DNA of 55,692 nucleotides, filler included, from Sphacelaria rigidula (lineage: Eukaryota), in NCBI GenBank assembly GCA_964200075.2. It is 5 parts of 5 records of this genome, joined end to end, with 100 filler letters (N's around TTAATTAATTAA, not from the genome) between each part and the next. Parts side by side here need not be neighbours in the genome. Positions count along the whole stretch, not along the records: positions 11,161 to 22,219 come from CAXNAA020005461.1; positions 22,320 to 33,378 come from CAXNAA020005462.1; 3 more parts are not named here. One strand, written 5' to 3'. Shown piece by piece: positions 11,357-25,405 of this stretch. How positions within the stretch are numbered: position 1 is the first letter of the stretch; each line of letters opens with the position of its first letter. The translations under genes were made by a program, and so were the position numbers. The notes under the pieces were generated by a model. It did not search any database, was not told the origin of the DNA, and saw only the letters and a program-made list of their open reading frames with translations.

Positions 11357-12346
11357 AGGGAAGGGAGGGAGGGGGGAAGGCGGAGGGGGGGAGGCTCCGT
11401 GTCCGAAAACCTTCTCCTGACAGACCCTTGGTCTACACCATCTATTCTACCGCCATGTTTTTGTCACTTCTCTCCAGGGAGAGTTTCCGTACTCTTCACC
11501 TCGAGTGCGTGTATCATTTAGGCACCGCTACATTTATCGTTGATAAAGTGATGTGCAAGAACCACGACGGGAAAAATCAAGGCCGTGATACAAATCGCGC
11601 ATCTCTCTAGTGGTACAATATACGAATGCTGACAGTTACCGGCGAATATTTCGATGCCTAGGCAGGTATGCAAACACCGACACACACTGGTGCACACACA
11701 CACGAGCAATGCGCGATTGGTTGATTGCTTTTTTGAAACAGCGAAGTGTGGCCGCCCTGCGTGAAAGGTAAGGGTGGTCGCCGTGATGAGAACGGTCGCA
11801 AACATGCAGGGGTGAACGCGCGAAACGCTGGAGGAACCAGCCAGCAATCGGGTTAGAACAAGCTAAACATACGTGCGGAAACCACCCGCTTCACAACCCC
11901 GGTGGCTTTGCAGAAACCAATCGACATGCGTGCTACAAGAGCGATGACTTTCTATTTGCACTATCAACGGAGCGCGAACCACCAACAACATTAAAACATG
12001 TTAGCGAGGGACACGATCCCACAAGACAACGCTAGCACGAATGAGCACTGAAGTCCACCATGCCGTATTCGTCCCATTGTGCTTCAGCCGGCATCCCTAC
12101 GATGTACTATTGGAGAGATGAACGATTTGCACCACGGCTTTGGGTATTCCCGTCGTGGTTTGCGCACATCAATTAATCAACGATGAACGTAGCCTTGCCC
12201 ACATGATACTAGCACCCGAGGTGATACACCGGAAACTCTCCCTGGGGAGAGGTGACGAAAACATGGAGGCAGAACAGATAGTGTAGAGACTGCAACATAA
12301 ATGAAGAGGAAGGGAAAGGGAAATAGGAATGGCCGGGCCCGTCAAT

Positions 12347-12500
12347 TAGTGTTGGATATCGTATCGAAAGCTCCGATATATCGTATCGAGATATCGTCAT
12401 CGCTTTGGAATCGGAAACAGTTTGATATAGCGATAACGATTACGACAGCGATAAGTTCGGCACGATATAATACGATACGATACGACAAATCCTGTCTTTA
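12347..12500. repeat. ATCG-rich MITE-like repeat fragment
   Basis: gatatcgtatcgaaagctccgatatatcgtatcg...; a similar tract lies at about 22800-22890. Confidence 0.45.
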
Positions 12501-12749
12501 TCCCGATGAATGAGCGATTATTTATCATAATATAGCTGTTGAAGTGTAATTATCCGGATACTACCCGTTCCGCTTTTCGTGTCGGCTTTTTCTGCTCCCA
12601 ACTTACGGCAAGCATATGCCTCGAGTAGGCATTTCCGCTCATTGACCATGCTACTTTGAGTTACAATTATATTTCTTGTACCTCTGCCCGTTTACATCGG
12701 CCAATCATGCTTCTTTTCCTTCGCCTTTTGACTTCTAGTTTTATAATAT

Positions 12750-13430
12750 TTTCTGCCCTCTCAACTTTATTTCTCATGTCTCGGGGTTTCTGTAGTGTAT
12801 GATTCAAACCACCCACTTCAACAAGTTAGCCTTTTGGGAACCCTCCCCTTCCTTCTCCGGGCCAGGCGCCTCATTATTTCGAGCCCTGACAAAGAAAAGG
12901 TGGGAACAGCAAAGGTCGACGGCAACAATATGTTTGTCGGAAGGTCAAAGAATAATCGACCGGCAGCACACGTTATGAACGCACCAAAAATGCCACCCCG
13001 GTACGGTCGGAATAGTTTTGTCCAATGAGGGGACACAACGGGTCAAGCGTGTTCAACTTTGTGCACACAGTCACAACACTCATCACTTGCGTGCCTGAAC
13101 TCTACATACAAAAATCGGCACCACTTGTCTATCTTCTATATATTGAGTCTCATGGTGCACATAGGCAGAGTTTTATAGGGAGCTTAAAAATGCGCCTCGC
13201 GCTAACAATTTCACGTGAAATCCGGAAAAAAGTCGACGATGTCATTAAAAAACAGCACCTCGAAATCCACACTTTTCCATTGCCTATGCCAAAAGGGTTG
13301 GACGCCAAGATGATTTGCACACCAATCACATACTCATATTTAATCCAATACCGGGGTGCCCTCATACCCTCTTTGAATCTTTTGACTTAACTTTCTCCTC
13401 AGAATGAAGGTGCACGTAGTAGCATGTGCT
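12750..13430 (-). mobile_element. Highly decayed RTE-like LINE RT remnant
   Basis: Weak by-eye resemblance to the RT GFRP...L.KAYD...GWF..QG motif spacing across several frames, with many stops. Confidence 0.3.
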
Positions 13431-13599
13431 CGTTTTTTCGGTCATGACGCGAAATTTTACAAATATGATGCGGATGGATTTTTTCAAGGATCAGCCTTGG
13501 GAACGTTCACAAGCGAGCATCGAAATACTTGCGGGGGGAAATACAAATGCATTCTCCGGCCGTGACGTGTGACCTCGCTCACTCGAAACAACAAAGCAG

Positions 13600-16500
13600 C
13601 TTGTTAAATCCCGTGTTTTTCCCAGGAGAGCGGGGAACGAAGGACTTCTTTGTAGGTAACGTCTACATGCCCCCAGAAACGAAGAGTAGGGCAAACGATA
13701 TACAGCGTGCGTTTGGAGAGATAGCAGCAGATGTAAATAAGTATGAAATGCAAGGAGAAGTAATGTTAGTGGGAGATTTCAAGACAAGGGTAGGAAGAGC
13801 AGGCTCACCTGATAATATCATTGAGCAATACGGGGAAGGTGGGAACACGAATGCGGTAGAAATGCTCAAGTTCCTTAAACATAACGAGATGAAGACGCTG
13901 AACGACAGAGCACTAAAGCCAGAGGCGCAATGGAAATGGACTCGAAAATGCAAAGACGATAGAACGCTCCGTTCTTGACTATTTAGTGCTAGGGCATGGA
14001 AATAGTAAAGAAATGGAAGTACATGTATGCGCGGAGGACGTGGGAACCACAGATCATTGCCTAATATGGACAGAAAGCCATCAGACGAGAGCTAAAACAA
14101 ATAGGCAGACTAGGGAGTTGTAAAAATGGAGAATCGATAAACGAGATATGCAAAAAAAACCAGCAAGAGTTCCAAGAAGAGATGTTCAAAAACGTAGACA
14201 AATATTCCGAGCTGTTGGAACGCGTAGGTACAGTTGATACCGGAATGGGAAGAAATCGGGCAGGAGCGAAGGTCATAGAAGGGCGGGAGTAGTTGGTCAA
14301 GAAAACAGCGAGTAAAGTCGTAGGGAAGGAACTGATAGTATGAAACAGAGCAGTGAAATGGTGGGGTGAAGAAGTAAAGAGGCTGTAAGAGCAAGGAGAG
14401 AGGTACACGCGAGATGCATATCGAGTAGAGCTACTGCAGGATGGGAGGAGTGTACTAAAGCTCGAAATAAAGTGAAGAAGATGGTACAGAAGAAGTAAAA
14501 GGGCCTATGGAAAGATGTAGTGAAATAAACAAATGAAGATTTCGATGGCGGGGTCAAACAAACGTGGGTAGGCATACAACGGATAACGAGAAACCAGGCA
14601 GAGAACATGGACAAGGGGATAGCCACACTCCGGGCACTGAACGGTAAAATGGCCAGGAGTTCGGAGAGGAAGAGAGAAGATCTAGTCGAGCACTACCGTA
14701 AACTAGGAAAATCAAAAACTGACACGAAGTTCGACACGGAATTCGAAAAAGAAATCAATACGTGGGCAGAGGCAGGTGTAGAGAAGTCAAAACGGAAGGA
14801 TAAAGGCTCGAAATAATTGCAGCAAGAGTTTACCAGAGATGAAGTGAAGGAGCGCGTAGCTAAACTCAAGAAGACAGCAGGGGCAGACGGAATAGTGAAC
14901 GAAATTGCGAGGTAGGGGAGAGAGCCGATGGTTACCGTGATGGTTACGCTATGTAACTGGATCTGGGAAAACGAGTACACACCCAAGAGGTGGAGAAAAG
15001 GAGTAGTCGTCAACCTTTTCGAGAGAGGAGGCAAAGCTGATCCAGGACATTGTAGAGGGATGGCGGTACTGAGCACGGTAGGGAAAACCTTCTGTGAATT
15101 CTGAACGATGGAGTAGGAACGATGCTAGAAACGGACGAAAAAATCAGCGAGGGGCAAGCAGGATTTAGACCAAACCGTAGTTGCGTAAACCGTGTGGACA
15201 CACTAGGTAAGATTATTCAAGGCAGGAAAGGCACCAGGCTGACAACGTACTGTTTCTTTATGGACGTGCATAAGGCTTATGGCACAGTATGGAGAAAAGG
15301 ACTGTGAAACAAGTTGTGGGAAGTTGAGATCAGTAAAAGATGTGGTGAATGGTAGAGAAAATGGCAGAATGTGCCAAAAGCCCTATGATGCTAGACGGGG
15401 AAATATCGAAATATTTTGATATTTTACGAGGAGTTGCACAAGGATGTACGTTATCACCCACTTCGTTCAAGATATGTATCAATGACTTGATGATAGCAAT
15501 AGAAGCAGCAAAGCAAGGGATCAAGGTGGGTAAAGATACGGTATCAGGATTGACGTTCACGGATGATTTTGTGGGCATTTCAGCAAGATCAGAAGCATTA
15601 TAGACACAGATAGGCAAGGCGCTAGAATATAGTAGAGAATGGAGAGTAACAGCAAACGCAAACAAATGCACGGTACTTGTCCGTGACGAAGATAAGAAAA
15701 ATCCGGTTGAGTTCAAATGGAAGTAGGGAGAAGAGGAACTGCCGATCGTAGACCAGTGCACATACCTTGGCGTAGAGGTCGAGGAAAACTGTTCTGGAGA
15801 TGCACACATAAACAGAGTAATAGGAAAGGGTGAGGCACAGATAGGCGGGATGGACGTGATCCTCAGAGACCCGCACCTAGACACTAGAATTATAGGGTGT
15901 ATCCTGATAAACGTGATTCTACCAAAGCTGGAATATGCAGGAGAAGTATGGGAGGGGAACGTGAAGTTGGTGAAGAAGTTAGAAACACAGTACAGATGGC
16001 AGCAGCTAAGAAAATACGTGGATGCTCGAAAACGACGAGTAGTACAGCATTAAGAGCAGAGTTGGGAATGTACTCACTTGAAGCAAACAGGAACATGAGG
16101 AAATTGCGATGGCAATATAGCGTAAAGAAAATGCAGAGAAAGAGATTGCCAGCTATAGTTGATAGGGCTGTAAGGAAGAAAACGAAAGAGCGGGCTGGGA
16201 AAAGGTGGGAAAGAGAGGTCGAGAAAGTGTGGAAGGAGGTAGGAAAAAAGCAAGACGAAATACTGTCTATAGATGAAGGTGCGGGGTACAAGGCAAAAGT
16301 AAGAGATATGATCGAAATAAGGGAAAAAGGAGCGCTCAGACGCAAAGTAAACGGGGAAGAACACCTGGCGATATACGGGGGGTTGAGAGAGGGGATAGGG
16401 ATGGAAGCATATTTATTTGCATGGCTCAACGGACGCCGCGAAACATTCGAGATTGCGATTTCGGGTGGGGGATCTGGACCTGCCAGAAAGAAGGAAGAGA

Positions 16501-16903
16501 TTCACCAGTAGTCGAGAGGAGGAGAACGTAGACACACAGAATTGCACCTGTGGCAAAGCAATAGAGAGCAGAACTCATATAGTGGCAGAATGTGAACTAC
16601 ACAAGGAGGAACGGGGCGTGCTAGAGGGGGAAATGCCGGATGTGAAAGAAGGTGGCATGGCATCGTTTGATGCATTAGGCAGAAGCGAAAAAACTATGGC
16701 TATACTAGGAGATAGATGGTGGCCAGAGACGGCGAAACAGGACGGGAATAAAATATGCAAAAGGTTTTTGTGCAACGTAGACTCTAATGAGCGCCGGAAT
16801 GTTGCAGGTGTCTCTGTTAGGAGTAGAAACGGTGCTCCGTCTCGAAAGGGATTCGTCGTCAATGGTCAAACGACTAAGGCAAGCAACAAATGGGTACGCC
16901 CCC
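13600..16903 (+). mobile_element. Non-LTR retrotransposon (LINE), near-complete ORF2 (APE endonuclease, RT, CCHC finger), 5'-truncated and pseudogenised
   Basis: APE: VGNVYMPP...LVGDFKTRVG...LDYLV...TDHCLI. RT: QAGFRPNRSC...FMDVHKAYGTVWRKGL...GVAQGCTLSP..F...INDL...FTDDFV...YLGV. Zinc finger: CTCGKAIESRTHIVAEC. Many stops and frameshifts. Ends ...aaatgggtacgccccc. Confidence 0.95.
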
Positions 16904-17129
16904 ATTTCGCGCCCGCCTCCTGCAAAATAGGGAGTGTGGTGGCGAGAACAGTGGAACTAAACCGAGGTTCATGCCACGAGCTTGTGAAAGACGAACTTGA
17001 TGTGACCATGGCTATGGCACATGAAAGGTGACCTGTTTTCGATGAGACTTCGGAATGTTGATGCGCAACCCCCTCCGGCCTCCAAGCACCCTTGCCGCTT
17101 CTTAGGTTGCAGGGAATATTAAGGGTCTG

Positions 17130-18200
17130 GTGCCGGCTGTGATGTGTCCAAGTCTCCTCATATTTTTCGGCATATCCCCGAGTATCATGTACGGTACTGC
17201 TCGAAAAAGGGGACTAGTACCTCTGTCTTCGTTCCACCCGGCCGCCTGCTGCATCGCGACATATCTGGGCACTCTGAACTACAACGAGCGAACTTGTGCC
17301 ACAGTAGGACCAAAACACCACTTGCAGTAAGTCCGATCCGCGAGAGTATTTTCTCGAGCAATCCCACCACGCGAGGAGTCTTTTTGCCCTCACCATGTTG
17401 TAGTCATGTCGGATTGATGACGCATACATATCTTGGCGTCCGCGCGGTACGTGTCCCCCAAGACTTGGAGGACATTGAAGAACGGTATCGCTACACGAGC
17501 ATCGTCTTCGAAACATATCCACGGCGAATGTATCGTTCCTCATCGTCAATATTTGTTTCCCGTTGATCCTGATTGTGTGCGTACCACAATTGATCGTCAG
17601 CCATTCATCACATATCCACCTGCCATGGTCACTTTGTTGGCGCTTCCTCGCATATCGGAGGCGCGTCGTCGATGGCTGTTTTTCGATTCTATTCATCTCG
17701 GCTTACAAGAACATTCCCTTTTTTTCCTGTCTCCCTTTGTTTTTTCACTTCCCATGTTTCTCCTTCTGATGCCTGATATAATATGGTTCTCTACTATCCT
17801 ACGACCTCGACGATGAAACCGAAACGAACAAGCCGACAGTCGGCCAGCGTGTGTGGCAATGCATTTCAATATTTTACCCCCATGAGATTTCACACCTCTT
17901 GGCAACACTAGATAGTGATTGCCTGAGGTCATGGAGTATATTTATCACCAGAGGCTTTGAAAACGCCGGGACTTCGTGTTCGTACAAACGCGGATTCCGC
18001 ATTACATCAGCAGGTACCGTTCACTCAAAGATTCTGACGGGGTATTTCATCGCGCGACAAGATATTTCGTCTTTCGGCGGAATATTTCGCCGATTGACCA
18101 GATATATTTCGACGTGATGTTCAGTCTCTCGACGAGAGGTGTCGTTTCTGGACGAGATATTTCGATCGGCATCAATGCCGGTGGCGTAGCCGTGACCTTT
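17130..18200 (-). mobile_element. Possible decayed RTE-like LINE C-terminal remnant
   Basis: Weak resemblance to the RTE C-terminus (...IDDEERYIRRGYV...VVGLLEKILSRIG...) with frameshifts. Confidence 0.25.
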
Positions 18201-19224
18201 TACAACAAAGTTGAGGTGAGATCATTGAATCGTCCCGAGTGATGTACTCCTCAGCCTCCAGCAAGTGACCTTGGTCTCGTAGATGCTTAGTTGGCCTTCC
18301 CTTGCCCCTAAATTCTTGTACTATGGGTTCAATCTCTCGAAGTAAACGCCATTTTCTCGCGTGCGATTGACTGTGTTCAAGCGATTATCAGCCCTGAATT
18401 CATAGTAGTTGAGTTCCATGCCCTGGTGAGCAAAGGTAGGGAGGGCAAGTGTGGGGAGGACGTTCCTCATTCTCCTGGTGTTTCGTAGTCCCCGCCCTCC
18501 GGTTGACACACGCGAGAGTTTGTTTCCCGCAACAAATAGCATACAGACTGTTAACTCCCCAACGAGGGACGTAGAACGGTCGCCCCGGTGGTTCAGTTGG
18601 TCACATCGAATACCTTGTGATGGTTAGGTCGTGCTGTTGAGGCTCTGTGGAGTGACAAGAACCGTGTTCGCTTCTGCACAACATGATTAGCAATATAAAT
18701 CAGTTATCTCATGAACGAGCAAATAAAGCCCTGCACTTGTCTTTTGTCGCAGGCAGGTGCAGCTCTCCTGGAATGGAGCATGGAGTGTTCAATAACATGT
18801 GTGCCCTGGTATTCTGAGACCCCCCACGCATGTGTGGATATGGGTGGAGAAAATGCACAGCTGGGGTAACCCCAGCGGGTAATACACCCCGGCTTAGTTG
18901 AGGTACAAGGATAGAACCTCGCGATTTGATTGCAATGTATGGTGATATTTGGTTCTTGATTCTGGCTTTATTTCTTCTTGACTGCGCGTATTGAGAGGGA
19001 GTGTTGGGCTCCATCACGATGAGTCCGAAAGGTCGCCTGTGGCACAGGGGGTTATGGGGGTATTATCATTTAGTTTAGTTGTATCGCGTTTGTGTTGATT
19101 TTTTTTGTCTTGTTTTACGTTTTTCAATATTTCTCACATGACCAAGGAAGGCGTTCGCATCAGATGCCTAATGCGGGATTAAGAGGTACAACGCAGACAT
19201 CGGAATGAAGTCGATTGTGAAGAC

Positions 19225-19260
<36 letters not shown>

Positions 19261-19277
19261 CCACAACCACAACGACA
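19225..19277 (+). repeat. (CAA)n microsatellite, likely a retroposon tail
   Basis: Direct repeat run, preceded by a 3'UTR-like stretch. Confidence 0.9.
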
Positions 19278-22219
19278 AATTCGCTGTAACTACGATGGAG
19301 GAAGGGACGACCGAACCCCCCTGCTAACAACAAAGAATCCAAGCGCAAAAATATGTGAAGAAACGAAATACCTTCTTCTCGGCCATCCTCATGTGTGAGT
19401 CCGGACCATCCTCGTGTGTGACTCCAGCTTGTGCGCCCCCACACCCGGACGGTGTTCAGTAGGCGACTAGAATAAATGGGACTTAAGGACCCCCTATCCC
19501 CCTCTCTCTCAAACTATTAGCCTTTGTGTGATGTGCACTACATACACGAACGCACACTCTACAGCGAGAGTATCAACACAGCGCTCGAGGTAGTCAGTCT
19601 TGCCTGGGAACGTGGTGCTTTCACGGCTACCGTCTTATCGTGCGCATTCCCGCCCGCGCCTGATATTGTTTCAGTTTCTGTTCTCTTCATGAGGGAGCTA
19701 TTCGGAAGATTTCTGTCGCAGGGTTCGACAAAAACTGTGGCGACCCGCCGACCAGAAGTCCCTCATTCGAAGAATCGAGACTCGTTTGATCTTAAAATCG
19801 AGGCGCTTAGCTCTCGGTCTCACAGGTATTCCTTTATCTACGCATATAGTACTCATACCCTACGAGACTTGCATGTTGGATGATGCAACAAAAAAAGTGT
19901 CCAAAGCGTCGCGCCAAGATATATAGTTCTTCGTAGTCGGCTGCTATTGTACATGCTTTAGCAACTTCTGACGAAACCCGAAACAAAACGAGTCTGACAA
20001 GTCGGCGGCAATTTCTTGTCCCGTGAAAACTACGGCCAGGTGGACAATGCCACCCCTGGATGACCCGCTCAATGGTCTCAAACAGGATTCCGACACACTT
20101 TCGGTGGCGACTTTTGTTTGTCGCAGTCAGCCCCCGAACCATGTTGAGGGTTTGTTATCGAACCATGACACTCTTCGAGTCGTTAAGTGTCCTCGGGTGT
20201 TTTTGTCAGCTTTTGGAATGCCTGTACGCGATTTTGTTCTCCTCAATCTAACGGCGAACTACGTGCACAACAAGGACCTGCAAAGGTGAGCGGAAATTCC
20301 TCTCACTTGCAGACAGTAGAGATCGTCATTCCGACCCGAAACAATTTATTTGACCGTCTTTTGCGCCACAACTGTGGCCGTTGGACATGTCGTGTTGTTC
20401 TTCCAGCATTTGTGTTCCCGCAGTCCCTTCACATCCAGGGCATCCGATCAAAATACGAATGAAGGAAACGTGGTGGTTTCAAGGCAGCTCGTGGTCTTGC
20501 ATCATTGTGCAACGTCTGTCGGGGCTATGGATGCCCGTCCGAGATATTAATCGGGGGCATCCGATTCATCCGGGATATCTACCGTTTTTGTTTTCCCAAC
20601 TGAGATATCTATCGGGGGCATCCGATTCATCCGGGATGTCCACCTTTTCGTTTATGCTCTCATTCATGACCCTCCCCCTTCGTCGTGACAAGGCTGAGTA
20701 CGGGGTGAACGGAACAAAGGGGCCCTAACCAGGTGAGATGGTAAAATCATCAGTTCGAAACGTGTTCAAAATTATCAGATCAACCTGTCCGAGGTACACA
20801 GCATGTTTTCCTCATGTAACAAACGTACAGTAGCACGGATATTTAAAAATACTGCTGTTTTCCTACTTTTACACGTACCATCGTACGTACACGCTCGTAT
20901 TCCGTTCCGTTTCTTTCGTCTTGCTTGTTGACTCTCCCGATTGCACCCCCCTGTCATTCACGCACACCGTATGGTATGCCGTATATCGGTATTTCGGCAT
21001 TGTCTCCTTTGCTCTGTTGATCTTGAGGCAAACCATTAAACGTTTGTACAGAACTCGGTGGTGTCAGAGTCACCCCGAGGCTGCCCCTTCCCCTTCTGGA
21101 CGTCCGCTCCCTCCCGTGCCCGTAATGTAAATCTAGGGGAATGAAAGCTTGGTGGAAACACTGAGGAGGTGCTTGACCAGGATTACCTCGACACGACTGC
21201 CGATCCCGGGTGTCGATGGACTTTCGGAACATGAATACTTGTAGCCAGTGCCTAGCATGGGTGAGTGCCTTGTGTAGTCGCTTTTGATGATCAGTATGGC
21301 TTTCTTGATTTCGTGTCCTACTTTACAGTGCTTACTTGCTCACCCTGTCACCTCCGCTGTGTATGAAACGCTACAATGTTAACCGTGAAGATTTCCACAT
21401 ATTGAAGAATTGACGCGGAATCCGTCGGTTTTTTTTTTTTTCATTTCCCCGTGAAACCCGTCACATCTCTGTTTTGTTTTGTTTCTCTCCATTTCCCGGT
21501 GAAGTCCGTCACATTCTTGCTTTCTTTTCTACTTTCCGGTATTCCCCACTCCAGAATACTCCAGAGGGCGAAGCCTTCGATCGACATTTCCTGAAGAGCA
21601 CGAGGCCGATCTTTTCTGTTCGATTCCTCGTATGCAGATCGCATGCCTAATCGAACGACAAATTCCACTGTTTCCAACCCGAACAAACGAACATATCGGA
21701 GAGGTACCTTATTTTACCATCTTCAGAACCATATTTGGCCCCAAACGAGAGCTGGGCGGTTTTGTGCACCTCAAAAAAGCTTGCTGTACTGCTTGAGAGG
21801 GTTCCGGGACACCTTGAATTTTTCTCCAGCGGGCGTTGTTTGATTGTGGGACGGACTAGTGTTTTCCTAGACAAAACAGTCGAGGTCCGCAAAGAACCTG
21901 ATACTTTGTCATATTTTCCACAAACTCGATGGTACCGGGGTCCAGCGCAACAGAATTAGCATACGCGTCAAAGTCGAAGTCCGTGCAATTTGTATAAAGC
22001 GAAAGTGTACCGGAGGCCTCTCGAACAGTGGAGATAGTGCTCCCCCCGAGGTGGTGAAAATCTGTCCATTGTGTTCCTATTCTCGGAGCGGCAAACGCGG
22101 TGGGAGAACCAGAAAGTCATTCTTCTCGCCAATTTTTGTCGGATGATGCGAGGCGTTCAGAACCATCGAACCCATCTGGCATTGCCGATGTGCCCTTGCT
22201 GCATGTTTATGGGTATCGT

Positions 22220-22319
22220 NNNNNNNNNNNNNNNNNNNNNNNNNNNNNNNNNNNNNNNNNNNNTTAATTAATTAANNNNNNNNNNNNNNNNNNNNNNNNN
22301 NNNNNNNNNNNNNNNNNNN
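22220..22319. other. Artificial contig linker
   Basis: N44-TTAATTAATTAA-N44. Confidence 0.98.
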
Positions 22320-24048
22320 CCCCCCCCCCCCCCCCCCCCTCCTCGGGATAGCGCCCGTAATCTCGAGGGACCAATCCAGCTGTCACCACCCACCCACCCC
22401 CGGTGTTGGCCCGATGTAATGGTTATTTTCGCCCCTTGGAAGCAGCCTAGCCTTCCCTCCACCGGGAACCCCCCTCCCGTCATTTGTCGGGATCACTGGG
22501 AAAAGCGTTGGTTGTTACGCTGCTGGAGCAGAGGTTTCCCGGCCGTGCCACGTTTTGCTGGATTCAGTTGCAAATTTTTAGCTTTGACTTTGACTTTCGC
22601 TTTGGCCCGTTCCTCCTTTTTTCGTTTGAACCAGGGAAGCCTATCCAAAAGAAGAGTGATTGTAAGTTTATTTTTGGCGTTAAAGATATGACCCGCATGC
22701 CGTTTGTATATGGCCTGTGATGGATTCAACTTGCGGAATAACCATGGGGGTTCGGTCCGCGTGTCTTTCAGCTTCGTTGACGTTGAGTTGTACATCGGCA
22801 CTCATGTTTTATCGATATGTCGTATCGCGTCGGTAATTGGCATCGATATCACCAAGTTGCCGATCCCAGCTATTAGGTATGTATAGATCATTATTCAATG
22901 GATGAGTACCGAAATACGAGCGGGGTAGGGTAGCGCTATTGCCTGGCGTCTCGAGGCGTGATCAAGCGGTGAGATTTTCGCGATATGTGGCCATGATTTC
23001 AGCATTTCCCACTGGTGCATGACGCTACAGTATACGCATCACGCTTCACTAAAACTAAAATGAAAACGCGGAGGGGAGAAGGTTATCTAAGGCGAGGGGA
23101 CTAGTCCGTCAACTCTGGTAGGGTCTCTCGTCTGAGATGGGCCAAAGGGTATGTGGCCATGTACCGTTTTTTTCAAGTTTTTTTTGCGGAATTCGGCCGC
23201 GAGTCGGGGGTATCGACCTCAGGTAACGACTGAAAAGAGAACGAAAGGCGTAACTGAGCCGCAAGAGTTGCCTGGAAACCATCTCCACACCCCCTCACGG
23301 AGCAGGATAGATGAGGTAATTTCACGAGTATTCATGCGTATAGGGTCGCCGGTACTGCAGTTGTGTTTGTTTGCACAAAGTTTTCAGGTCTATTTCGAGG
23401 GAGAAGAACGTAATATATGCCTCGGTACAGAAATGAGTACAAATCATTCTGCGAAAACATAAGGCGGATATCCATTACGAGTATTGCACTTTTTGATTCG
23501 TGATACTGTACAAGTGTCATAATCCTGTTGGCAGTTTGTGTTAGCCTATATTTTTCTCACTGTGTGGTACGGTACACTGCTCTTTCAGCCTGATGTGGAG
23601 CAGTTGACGGAATAGTTTTATGTGCAGTACGTTTCGTTCGAACAGTCATTCTCATGTCATTCCTTGCATGGACATTGTGGTGTATTGTAGTTTGTGATTA
23701 CATACGCAGCAGGCGTCGATCTCATGTAAGGAATGGTTATGGTCGGTGCTTGAAAAGGCGAGTCTACGCTTATGACCACGGGTTGGAGAAATCGGGCTAA
23801 TGTGCGGAAATTATGACGATCACCAGGGCGACCACGCTAGAGGGGGCTATATGAGCGAAGTAGGTTACAATCGCTACAAGCGCAGAGCGCGGAGGTTGAG
23901 GAAGTCGCCGGACCGCGCTGTAGTGGGACCCCCATCTATGTATCAAGTTCGCATCGTGATATTGTTAGTCACCCAGTGTTTTTTTTCTTCGTCCCGTCCC
24001 ATCCCGTCTCGTCCTGTTCAATTTATTCGGTGCTTGTCTGTTTTGCAG

Positions 24049-24131
24049 GGTTTGCGATAATCCTTTGGGAGATGGCCACCATGACCAAACCCTTCGAAGC
24101 CTTGGGACGGGAAGAGTTCTTCCGTGACGTG
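24049..24131 (+). CDS. Internal exon of a TKL-type Ser/Thr/Tyr protein kinase (subdomain IX)
   Basis: ttttgcag|GG TTT GCG...GAC GTG|gtgagg encodes (G)FAIILWEMATMTKPFEALGREEFFRDV. Confidence 0.88.
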
Positions 24132-25139
24132 GTGAGGCATGCTCACATGGTCACATGCACATTAACGTGGTCATGTGCACGTTGAAGACGGGGAATAGTC
24201 GGGACGTTGATCGTTTCGTGTGCATGTTTGCTCGAGTACAAAATTAAGCGCCGTGGCCCGGTAATATAACCGATGATTGATCGATTTCGACTGGTGGATT
24301 GGTTGAACGCTTGATTGTCGCGCACTACTGAACAATAACTGATAACTGATGAGCTCCGTATCCAGCCGAGTCACAAGGCAGACGCAAGCGCCCAAGGTGA
24401 AACGACGGAAATACCGCTAGAGGAACTTCTATGGTACGCCCCCTTTCGAGACGGAGCACCAGTTCGGTCAAGGGGGAGGGTAAAGGAGCAAATGCGGAGT
24501 TACCTAGCCTTATTTTTCACGTATCGCGGACGTTCGTGTGGCGTGCGTTTTCGTGTACATTTGTCACACAAATAACCATGTCTTCGGTGAGCTCAAACGT
24601 CTCGTGCCATCAAGATTACGTGGGCATCCTGCTAGCATGGCCTGTCCATCTCCGTTTCGTCGCAACTGCCCTCCATAGATGAACATGGCGAGAAACACCG
24701 CACAACTTGTATGACAGCATGCCACAGGTCAAGCCTACCACACAACACAGATGGAGACACAAGACGGGTTGACGGATTTCATGAAAGGAATGACCAAGAA
24801 ACACGTACCGTATGACAGCTGAAACGGTAGATGGCTGTCACCGCGTGTTGATCAGTGATGGTTGAAGATTGGGTATCCCTGAATGCTATCCAATGATACT
24901 TTTAAGTCCAATTTGCACTGAGCGTTGTGCAGTGATACTGGATAAACTGGACCGTCATGGAATGCTGTGCACGTGAGGAGAAGGAAGTACCTCGATTATA
25001 CGGAACATTTTCCAGTGCTCTTTTCTCCTATCCACATCTACACACATACACACTGCGGTTCACGCAAGTTCGTCGTCAAATCACCCCGGTTGAAGAATAA
25101 AGGGTTCTCGTGTTCGTACGGCCACCAGATTCAGATCTT

Positions 25140-25355
25140 TTAATGGCTGACAGTCTCGGGTGCTCCCAATTTGCACAGCACGCATTTTTGACGAACATTT
25201 ACGCCTTGCCGATTTGGCTCTGACAAACGCTCACTTCGCGAACTACATTTCATGATGCACATCGCTTACCCGAGGCTTCTTGGCATGCGTTGGGGTGGGG
25301 CTAGCTAGGGTTGGGGTTCGGGTTAAAGTCATATCCAGAATGAGTCAACCATGGA
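25140..25355 (+). mobile_element. Degenerate copy of the TCCATGGTTGAC-TIR MITE family
   Basis: ggctgacagtc...cttacccgagg...tagggttggggttcgggtta...gtcaaccatgga matches 55081-55348. Confidence 0.55.
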
Positions 25356-25405
25356 GATTTTCGAGGAGCTCACGTGAACTTGCCTCCATACACCCGTTCG
25401 ATCAG

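Noticed and set aside
19015-19040. gatgagtccgaaagg resembling a hammerhead stem II
   Set aside because: The CUGA and GAAA core nucleotides are not intact.
20210-20285. Possible exon (ag...gtgag)
   Set aside because: No recognisable peptide in any frame, and it is on a different contig from the kinase.
21420-22219. Possible hAT transposon 3' end
   Set aside because: Only a vague resemblance to a dimerisation domain and no second TIR or TSD.
24345-24415. CTGATGAG...GAAAC hammerhead-like core
   Set aside because: No convincing stem II (G-C closing pair absent) or stems I/III.
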